Assembly (NCBI RefSeq): GCF_006345805.1
Contig: NW_021830456.1
Location: forward strand, 1,287-65,286
Direction: 5' to 3'
Source of the DNA: Octopus sinensis
Lineage: Eukaryota
Length of the DNA stretch: 64,000 bases
Part shown: one piece after another, positions 54,011 to 64,000 of the stretch
Layout: each line of letters opens with the position of its first letter
Position numbering within the stretch: the first letter of the stretch is position 1
Position numbers and translations under genes: made by a program
The notes under the pieces: generated by a model
Told to the model about the DNA's origin: nothing
What the model saw: only the letters and a program-made list of their open reading frames with translations
Database searches by the model: none

Positions 54011-54559
54011 ATTGAAATTTATAGAGAAACAAAACAAGAAGACAGGTGTAGGAACAACAAGTGTTTTACTTTGACACACGGGAACAGATGAACATTCTCT
54101 TACCTTTCGAATTGAATAAGAGGAAAGAAACAGAGAGAGAATGAAAAAAGCGGGTAGAGTTCAGCGATCCAATATGGCGAATCACTGGTAAAAATAGTTT
54201 GAAAGAAAGGGAAATAATAATAATAAAGTATTTAAATGAAAGGGAGATTATAGTGCTAGTGATCCCAACACGACAAAGTGCGTGAGCATGTGTGTGTGTG
54301 TGTGTTAAAATGCTGTGTGTGAGTGTATAAGTATGTTGTGTGAACCTGCGTGAGTGATTCTGACGTGTGTGAGTGTATGTCTGTGTGTGTGCGTTTGTAA
54401 CGTGTATGTATGTGTGCGTTTCGTATGTGCTTTTTCACGTGGTGTGTGCACATGTGTGTGTCTGTGTGTGTGAGCAAGCAATGTGAATATGTATGGTATA
54501 TGTATGTGGGCGAAACTTAACTTTATGTATATTGTGCTCGTTAATACGTGTTGCATCAT

Positions 54560-54750
54560 ATATACATATGTATGTATGTATGCATGTATGTATGTATGTA
54601 TGTATGTATGTATGTATGTATGTATTATATGTATGTATGTATTTATGTATGTATGTGTTTATGTATGTATGTATGCATGTGTGTATGTATGTATGTATGT
54701 ATGTATGTATGTATGTATGTATGTATGTATGTATTTATGTGTGTATGTAT
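54560..54750 (+). repeat. (TATG)n microsatellite
   Basis: Direct reading. Confidence 0.96.
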
Positions 54751-55002
54751 GTGCTGAAAAGATTTATTATATATCATACAATATGTATTCTGTATTTCTA
54801 GCGTCTATTATGTTACGACAATTCAGTGTGCGTAAGATTTGTCGTATATAATCTAACACGATAAGCATTGTAACATATTTGTTGTAACTCAAGAGTTCTG
54901 GGCCTTAGTTTACATTTTCTAAATACGATAACGCAATATAAAATATTATAGATTTCTTGTAATACTAGCTTGTAAAGATTACCTAACACGAACTGCATGA
55001 TA

Positions 55003-55553
55003 TACGAGGGTGACTCAAAAAGTAATGCCATTTTGTTTAGGACAGGTATACTTACCAACACAGGAACATGTATCATACATCAAAATGAATTTGGTTCTCT
55101 GTGAATCACATCCATACTTCTCAACATAGCCACCGTTTCTCTCAATCGTAATGTTCCGCCTTCAAATGAGAGCATGTGTTCCTGCCCCGTAAAATTCTGT
55201 TGGCTGTTCTTTGAGCTACTTCCTCGTCACTGGAATAAGTTAGCACCTTCAAACTACCATCTCTTCGGCGCTATAAAAGAGGGTTTGAGAGGCAAAGATT
55301 ATTCCAGTGACGAGGAAGGAAAAACTGTAGTGAAGAAGTGGCTCAAAGAACAGTCAACAGAATTTTTCAGAGCAGGGATACATGCTCTCATTCGAAGGTG
55401 AAACATTGCTATTGAGAGAAACAGTGACTATGTTGAGAAGTAGGAGTGTGATCCACAGAGTACCAGCTTCAATTTGATGTATGATATATGTTCCTCTGTT
55501 GGTAACTATACCTGTCCTAAGCAAAATGGATCTATTTTTGACTCACCCTCGTA
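55003..55553. mobile_element. Mariner-derived fold-back MITE with TA TSD
   Basis: TA|cgagggtgactcaaaaa ... tttttgactcaccctcg|TA; arms 55005-55239 and 55299-55551; encodes LAPSNYHLFGAIKEGLRGKDYSSDEE..KWLKEQ..FFRAGIHALIRR*NIAIERNSDYVEK* (mariner C-terminus after the D34D third Asp). Confidence 0.95.
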
Positions 55554-56199
55554 CATTGAATGCACTAGTTCGAAATCTTATATATAGTAAAAATTATATA
55601 TATTCTTCATACAATATATGTCTCTCAAAGCTCGTGTCGCTATAGTTCATAATCATTGGACGTGAAAACCAATATGGTGTTCCGTGTTTCTTCTCTTCAT
55701 CTGCTGTGCGATAACACGTTTTTTGTCAGATTAATGTTTGCCTTGTGTCTAACGTTGTATGACGTCCATCCATCTGGACATCTACACTTAGTGATTGGAA
55801 GCAAAAACGTTTTCACTTTCTTGTGTAAGTCTAGCATTATATGATGTAATTCGGTTGGCAGTTCCTGTATGAAACGGCACCATATGTTTATATACATCTG
55901 TGCAGCAATTATCGTTATATAACAAGGTTCTATGGCTCGAAACATAAAATATTACACAATGTAAGCACGTACAGATGTTCGTCAAACCGTGACGATTCAT
56001 ACCACCATACACATTCAAACACACACGGACACACATACACAAACATATATACGCACATGTACACACACATATATTTATACACTCATCCACACACACATAC
56101 ACAGGCACACACACACATACACACAAACACGTATATATATTTTTCCAGTAAAATGTATTACCTCAGCATAGAAGTACGCATGTGTAAGATATAATAATT

Positions 56200-56331
56200 T
56201 GTGATGACAGTGATGATGAGGCCGCTGATGCTGACACTGCTGCTGCTGATGATGTTGGTGATGATCATGTCAATGTCGATGACAACGATTATGTTGATGA
56301 TGATGATCATGATGACGACGACGACGACGAC

Positions 56332-56370
<39 letters not shown>

Positions 56371-56620
56371 AATGATGATGATGAAACTGGTGATGCTAAC
56401 GATGATGACGCTGATCATGGTGACGATGATGAAGCTGGTCATGATGACGACGATGACGATATTGATGATGATGATGGTGATGATGATGATGCTAACGATG
56501 ATTATGACGACGATAAGGCGCAGATGATGCTGCCGCTGATAATGGTGATGCTGATGCCGATGCTGATGATGATGATGAAGATGATGTTGATGATGATCAC
56601 GATAATGATGATAATGGCTG
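56200..56620 (+). repeat. Degenerate (GAT)n microsatellite
   Basis: Direct reading. Confidence 0.93.
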
Positions 56621-57239
56621 TGATGGTAGTGGCGGTGTGGTGGATATGCTCTTAATTGTAAAAACAACAGATATTATGATTGTGTTTTCGCAAAAGCTAA
56701 AAAAAGATAAAAATACCAACACCAAAAACAAAAAAAATCTTTTTGCTTTGATTCTCCATCGATAATTTTTTGTTTTAATTTCATTTATATTGCCTTACTT
56801 CTTTCTTTTTTTTTTTTTTTCCTATTTTCTTTCTTTTCTGCGTTCGCTTCCTATGAATAATTGTATATCGTGATTTATCAGTTTCCAGTTATCTATGAAC
56901 GATTTTAAACAACATGTTCAACAGACCTGGGCGGCGTTTGCAGTGTTGCATATAATAAAGATATATAATTAGAATATATGTGAATAGAAGCAAGCCGTTT
57001 TAGTTTCTTTTAATATTCTGCTTTTTTTGTGTTGTTGTTGTTGTTGTTTTGGTTTGTTTGGTTTTTGTCTTTGTTTCTCTTCGGTTTCAAAAATAGACAA
57101 AAATTCAAACCACCATACTGCACTAAACATCATAATCACAATCACAATCCTCGGCTTAGGTCGCAGCCATAAAACATCCTTTTGTCATTTCAATTAAAAA
57201 TAAACGTGAGAGTGTTCTGGGATTACATCAGTTTCCTTT

Positions 57240-57241
57240 AC

Positions 57242-57305
<64 letters not shown>

Positions 57306-57487
57306 TAATAATAATAATAATAATAATGATGATGGTAATAATAATAATAATAATAGTAATAATGATAATAATAATAATGCTAATAATAATAATGATAATA
57401 ATAATAATAATATAATATATAATAATAATAATAATAATAATAATGATAATAATAATAACAATAATGATAATAATAATAGTAGTTGTA

Positions 57488-57524
<37 letters not shown>

Positions 57525-57550
57525 TAATAATAATAATAATCGTAATAATA
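57240..57550 (+). repeat. (AAT)n microsatellite
   Basis: Direct reading. Confidence 0.96.
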
Positions 57551-58112
57551 AATTTGCGCAAATATATCAGCATCTTCGTCTTCGTTGGCAAAGGAAAGCG
57601 AAACAATGTGTGTGCTATTATCGATTATCTGAAAACTATAATTGTTTATGACACAGTTTTATCGATCTCTTCCTCCATTATATTTATCACATGTGTTTAT
57701 ACCTTACCTCTTTCACGATGACGAAAAGACGAAAATCCACGAAAAAAAATAAAATCAATCAAGCAATATGTATTCTCCCCATCAGCATTGTGTTTAAAGT
57801 TGCCACATTTATCGATATAAATATTGGAGTTAAGTTTTGGCACCTTTTAGAATCGGTCTAGCGATTTTATTTCTTTCTTAATGATTTCTCACGCTGCCAC
57901 AAAACCAGACGTGTTTAGGAAACTGAATTAATAATAATAGTCTAACGAATTGTCTTGGAATTCTTATTATAACAGACCTCGTGAAGCATGAACGGCAAAG
58001 CCATCCCATCCGCGTTTCGACCATCAAATTAAACTAAATTATTCACTAGGTTGTATAACCGGTTTTAACTATCCAGTCTCTGTCTATATATATATTATCG
58101 TTTTTTTTTTAT

Positions 58113-58300
58113 TCATTCGTTACTTGTTTCAGTCTTGTGAGCACACTGGAGCGCCACCTTGAAGGGTTTTAGTAGAACTATTCTACCAAAGTGCCAATTT
58201 TTACATCTGGTATTAATTTATTGGAGGCCTTTGCTGATATGCTAAGTTACGGAAACGTAAATTAACCAACGCCTTTTGTCAAACAAAAAGACACACACAC
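58113..58300 (-). mobile_element. SINE family A tail, degenerate
   Basis: ttacttgtttcagtc...ctggagcgccacctt...gctaagttacgg. Confidence 0.65.
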
Positions 58301-58309
58301 ATAACCTGC

Positions 58310-58342
<33 letters not shown>

Positions 58343-58541
58343 TGTATGTATGTATGTATATATATATATATATATGTGTATGTGTGTGTGTGTGTGTGTG
58401 TTTGTATATATATGTACATACATATATGTATGTATATGTATGTACAAATATATATATATATACATATTATTTCTGTGGGAGGTTTTGGAACGTAACGTCC
58501 ACGATACTCGAGGAATTACTGCACTGTTCTATGCTTTAGAG

Positions 58542-58850
58542 CAGTGGCTCCCAAACTTTTTAGGGCTGCCGCCCCCTTGACGCCCGGCCTACATTCCTAG
58601 CGCCCCCACCCCAACTAACCATCACAAACATAGACCTCTTTCGGAAGCAAATTCAAAGCAAATGTATTTTACAAATAAATCTTAATCTAATGAACCCATT
58701 ATTTTGTTTTTTTTTATATGAATCGCTACTCCATTATCACCCCACTTGTTATATTAATCGCTACCCCATTCCCGCCCCATTTTTTTCAATGCGCCCTTGG
58801 AACTTTCCACCACCCCCAGGGGGCAATACCACCCACTTTGGGAACCATTG
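58542..58850. mobile_element. hAT (Charlie-like) MITE
   Basis: TIRs CAGTGGCTCCCAAAC / ACTTTGGGAACCATTG; decayed 8-bp TSD ctttagag / ccttacaa (5 of 8) close to the NTCTAGAN preference. Confidence 0.85.
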
Positions 58851-59272
58851 CCTTACAATGTGCTTCTCTTTTGGATATATTATACACTGGCGATATAGAT
58901 GCATACATACGTACACACACCACCACACATATATATGTAGGTGTGTGTTTCAATACGTGTGTCTGTGTACATGTGAGGGTATATGTGTGTGTATTGGTGT
59001 CTATACTCGATCAGTGCTTGACAACTGGTCAGTGTTTGTTTCTTTACATCCCCATAGGTTCGATAAGTAAATAATCAATGGCTCCATTTTGTTCAGCTAC
59101 ATTTCTCGAGAAGGAGCTCGGCAAGGCTGAACTCCAATGACAGAATCAGCCCAAAAGATAAACATTAAAAGAAACGCAAAGTGTGATTCAGTGTATATTT
59201 CTTTGGTTACTGTTTCTAGCATGTCGGGAGTCCCTTTAATGATCCCTTTAGAATCGATAAAATCAGTACTAG

Positions 59273-59710
59273 TTACCTCCGCCTCAGCGAAGGTGGGAGG
59301 TATTGTTTTTCAGTCGTGTTCGTTTGTTTGTTTGTCCGTGGGCAAGATATCTCAAGAACAGCAAGAGGGATTCGGGTGAAACTTTCAGGGATGTTTGGCC
59401 TCGTGACTGGCACAAACTGATTAGATTTTAGGATCAATTTGTTTTATTACCCACAAGGGACTAAATGCAGAATGATCCAACTGATTAGATTTGGGGATCG
59501 ATCCGCTACAGGACAAAGATTCTGGATTATTTTTCCGTTTTACTTTTGCTTAATTTTGGAGAGTGGTCGTGTTAATTTTTAGTATTCTCATTTGTGAGAG
59601 CAAACGAGTTTATTTCAGATATCCTCATTTTAAATATTATCTCCTGCTAATCGTTGAGAGGATGTTGGTGTTGCATTGGCGGAGGTTTGCACTCTCTCGA
59701 TGCTCTTGTT
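59273..59710 (+). mobile_element. Helentron-associated interspersed element (HINE / DINE-1-like)
   Basis: 5' ttACCTCCGCC, (GTTT)n, 3' ttGGCGGAGGT sub-terminal IR followed by a gcactctc..tgc hairpin and T-rich end. Confidence 0.85.
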
Positions 59711-60204
59711 ATTTATTGCTATCGATTTAAATAAACATATTCTATCGTTCTTAAAGATATACGCCGTTGTGCTGTGTTAAAATATTACATACTATCCACT
59801 TTTCCTCCATAACACTTAATATGTAAAATCCAGATTGATTAATAAACTCGTCAGATTTTAAGTCTCTCAATTTTTCGCTTTTCTATTTTCATTTTTTTCA
59901 TTTATTGTACTTTTATTTTATTTCTCTCAAAATCATCAACAAAAATATCTGTTTTTAATCCTTTCATTCTTGGCAAAATGAAATTTTTATTAAAACGCCC
60001 AATTTTCAACAATCGCTGGCAGCCATGTCAGTTTAAGGTGATTGCCCCTGAGCAAACCTCGAAGTTAAAACGATCATATTTTCACTTCGTTGTACAAATG
60101 AGAATATTTCGTCTTCTTCCTACCGAAAATAGGAGCCGCTTTTTCATTTTACGAAGCCTAAAGGAGAAATTCGTATTAATTTATAATACAGTTCTAGAAA
60201 TACT

Positions 60205-60958
60205 AGTTTCAAATTTTAGCACAGGGTCAGCATTTTGAGGGGATGAGGTAAGCCGACCACAGTACTCAACTGGTACTTATTTTTTGATCCCGAAAGGATG
60301 AAAGGCAAAGTCGACCTCGGCGGAATTTGAACTCAGAACGTAAGGCCGATTAAATAAGTACCAGTCACGCACTGGGGTCGATATACCAGTTCGTAACTGG
60401 TACTTATCGACCCCGAAATACCACTAAGCATTTCGCCCGGCGCGCTAATGCTTCTGCCAGCTCGCCGCCATATATATCTAAATATGCTTCTTTCGAATTT
60501 TGGTACAAGGCCAGCAATTTGGGGAGGGGTTGAGTAAAGTCGATTACATTGACCCCAGTGCTGAACTGGTACTTATTATATTCCTTTCTACTCTAGGACA
60601 TTGCCTGAAATTTTGGGGGAAGGGGCCAGTACGCGACTGGTACTTATTATATTGACGCTGAATAGATGAAAGACAAAGTCGACGTCGGTGGAATTTGAAA
60701 TCAGAACGTAAGGACAGATGAAATACCTATATCTTTATTACCCAAAAGGGGCTATCATATAGGGGGAAAACAAGAGCAGACAAATGAATTAAGTCGATTA
60801 CATCGACCCCAGTGCATAACTGGTACTTAATTTATCGACCTCCGAAAGGATGAAAGGCAAAGTCGACCTCAGCGGAATTTGAACTCAGAACGTAACAACA
60901 GACGAAAAACCGCCTAGCATTTCGCCCGGCGTGCTGACGCTTCTGCCAGTTCCCCACC
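60205..60958 (-). mobile_element. Cluster of 3 SINE family B copies, the last dimeric
   Basis: About 60205-60469, 60492-60580 and 60583-60958. Confidence 0.92.
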
Positions 60959-61058
60959 TTATTATATTAACTTGTTGTGATTTGAATAATTTTGTCTTCC
61001 AGATCGGTACACAAATGAAACTAAACACTAACAAAGAGAACTTCAAGAATGCCAATCC

Positions 61059-61424
61059 TTATTACCTCCGCTAAGGCGGAGGTATTGTTTTCAGTCGTGT
61101 TTTTTGGTTAGTTTGTCCGTGAACAAGATATCTCAAGAAGCGCTTGATGGATACGGATGAAACTTTCAAGGATGTTTGGCCTCGTGACTTATACAAACTG
61201 GTTAGATTATGGGATCGATCAGCCACGGGACAAGGATTATTTTTTCCTGTTTTTGTTTTTTTTTTTGTTTTTTTTTTGAGAGCGGTCGGATTCATTTTTA
61301 GTCTCTCTTTTGAGAGGAGTCGAGTTTAGTTGAGATATTTTCATTTTAAAACATCATATCTGGCCAATCGTTGAGAGGAAGTTAGTTTTGCCTTGGCGGA
61401 GGTTTGCGCTCTCTAAGTGTTCTT
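61059..61424 (+). mobile_element. HINE, second copy of the 59273 family
   Basis: ttattacctccgctaaggcggaggtattgttttcagtcgtg ... ccttggcggaggtttgcgctctctaagtg. Confidence 0.88.
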
Positions 61425-61439
61425 CTTTCTTATTTGCAT

Positions 61440-61650
61440 AAGGCGCCGAACTGGCAGAATCGCTAGCACGCTCAACAAAATGCTTAGCAGTATTTCGTCA
61501 ACCGCTACGTTCTGAGTTCAAATTCAGCCGAGGTCGATTTTGCTTTTTATCCTTTCAGGGTCGATAAAATAAGTACCAATTGAAAACCGGGGTCGATATA
61601 ATCGACTCATCCTCTCCTCCAAATACCTGCTCTTGTGGCAAAATTTGAAA
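61440..61650 (+). mobile_element. SINE family B monomer
   Basis: aaggcgccgaactggcagaatcgctagcacg...gttctgagttcaaattcagccgaggtcga. Confidence 0.88.
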
Positions 61651-62419
61651 CAATTACTTCTCATTTGTATGTCGAATAATGTGCTCGTGAACCATGTGAC
61701 ATATTTTGGTATAAAGTTTCAGTATTTTGGATTGAATTCCTCTGGGAAGCCTTTTATTCCTATCTTATAGGCATGGAAAATGAAGTTTTCTCCAAATAAC
61801 TACTTTCGTATCATAGTCCAACCAACGTCCTATCAGTATAGATATTCTTAAGATGAATTTCGATGTAATTTATATTATGATATAGAAAAAATGAGAGAAG
61901 GTTGGAAGGGAACAAGGGAAAATAAGGATTCACTTGTTGCTTCTAGTCTTTTGTGTAGAAAAATGCTTTCAGATATTTATTTTTGAGGTAGAATGAATAC
62001 ACAAAAAGTTTAACGTTTTACGTCGAATTCGTAATATGGGGATAAAGTCATATATGCGCTCCACTTCATTTTCTATTGGACCCGCATTCTCAACCATGAC
62101 ATTCGTTGATCTATACTGCTTGTATATGTATGTGTGTGTGTGTGTGTGCGTGTGTACGTATACATGTATATATATATATACATATATAGTTATACATATA
62201 CATGCTATACATAAATATATACATATATACATGAATATAAATACACGTATATATATATATCATATATATATATATTCATATTTATATTAATATATATAAT
62301 ATATATATATAATATATATACATACATACATAATATATATTTATCTATATATACATATATATATATATTCATGTATCCATATATATATATGTATATGTAT
62401 GTATGTATGTAGTACATAT

Positions 62420-62453
<34 letters not shown>

Positions 62454-63108
62454 TATATATATATATATATATATATATATTCATGTATCCATATATATAT
62501 ATATATGTATGTATGTAAGTACATATATATATATATATTAAATATACACACCCACATATTATATATGGAAAAGGACAGACGAAGAGAGAGAGAGAGAGAG
62601 GTGGGAGTGATGGTACAGATGTAAAGAGAAGAATGATAGTCAGCAGGTGAGTGTGGAGTTATAGTAGAATACCGTAAGACAACCAAAAGACACCCATCGC
62701 GACTAGACTGCCGAGTTGTTTCCATTAACTGTGTCACGATTCCCGGTTGAGGTAGATTAAGAGAAGCTTAACTTATGTCATTAATACTCCTGCAAAGAAC
62801 ATGACTTTCACAACATACCTATGTCTAAATCCTTTGTTATACACAGCCACCTTATATGTAATATATATATAATAATTAATATATATATATATATATAGAT
62901 ATATATATCTATGAAACGTCGTAGTAAAGCAATACGCGACCTCCATTTCTGAGATTAATTCAATGACCTGCAGTTAGGACAAAGTATATCATGACTAATT
63001 GGAGCCGGAACAGAGATGAAGACGTCTACACTGGCGGAAATTGTGTATCCCACCATTTTTGATTCAAAACAGTCAAATATATTTACACACATACATGTGT
63101 ATGTATGC

Positions 63109-63140
<32 letters not shown>

Positions 63141-63419
63141 ATATTCTATATATATACATTACATATATAGTATATATATGTATGTATATATGTATGTTAT
63201 ATATATATATTCTATATATACATATATATAAGTATAATATACATGCATATATACATATACATATATAAATATATATACATATATATATATATGTATATAT
63301 ATACATATGTATATATATACATATAGACCATATGTATATATATATACATCAATATAAGCGTATATCTATCTGTCTATACCTATATATATATATATATATA
63401 TATATACATACATGCGTGG

Positions 63420-63568
63420 ACAGGCAGTGAGATAGATAGATAGAAAGATAGATAGATAGACAGATAGATGAGAGATAGATAAATAGATAGATAGATCGAT
63501 TGGTAGCTAGATAACTAGATAGGTAGGTAGATAGACAGATATATATGTATATATATATATATATATAT

Positions 63569-63652
<84 letters not shown>
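63420..63652 (+). repeat. (GATA)n/(TA)n microsatellite
   Basis: Direct reading. Confidence 0.95.
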
Positions 63653-64000
63653 CGAAGACCTGATATGGCTTACCAAATTGGGGTTTGTGATTTATTGTTA
63701 GTTCATCAAGCTTTTCGAGAGAGTTCATTTGGAAAACTAAAATTCCGAATATTTTGATTCAGGTAATTCGAGGATTCAACTTTAGATTGATGTGGTTTTG
63801 GCGTTGATTGCAGACGTAGCTTTTCATCTTCGATACAACAAGTACCAGATCTCCCACGCAGCAAACAATGGCACTTAAGGACACTGCAATGGAAGACCGC
63901 TCTACTCCATGACACATGAAATATGGTCAGGACACGCAGAGAATGAAGAGTGAAAAATATTGGATTCTAAGATGTGGACTGCTGTCACCGGAGATTTTAG

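Noticed and set aside
55697-55945. EGF-like CRCPDGW motif in ORF 55697..55945
   Set aside because: Other EGF cysteines are absent; single-motif coincidence
61990-62115. Protein-like YRSTNVMVENAGPIENEVERIYDFIP
   Set aside because: Short, with poor splice sites and abutting a microsatellite; no support
63780-64000. Possible LINE endonuclease (…AVTGDF at window edge)
   Set aside because: Only a 3-residue match, with in-frame stops and truncated by the window end

Overview
Eukaryotic, very AT-rich DNA saturated with microsatellites. The SINE repertoire and the (TA/TG/TAA/GATA/CATA)n density point to an Octopus genome (inference). I can identify no intact, nameable protein-coding gene; nearly all ORFs in the supplied track are translated microsatellites, so the window reads as intergenic or as one very large intron. 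Three abundant tRNA-headed SINE families (called A, B and C here) occur in about 35 copies. There are decayed LINE fragments from three groups (two RLE-type R4/Dong-like, two RTE-like, one CR1/L2-like) and DNA-transposon derivatives (a mariner fold-back MITE, a solo mariner end, a hAT/Charlie-like MITE, two Helentron-type HINEs and a Helitron-like element). Several short Penelope-like pseudo-LTR remnants lie beside (TA)n tracts. Most interesting: (1) two minimal type-I hammerhead-ribozyme-like motifs with different non-canonical cores in the Penelope-like remnants; (2) RLE retroelements sitting in specific microsatellites; (3) a LINE 3' tail shared with SINE family A; (4) several fold-back structures that could be ADAR substrates; (5) an orphan 87-codon coding-like frame and a few weak exon candidates.
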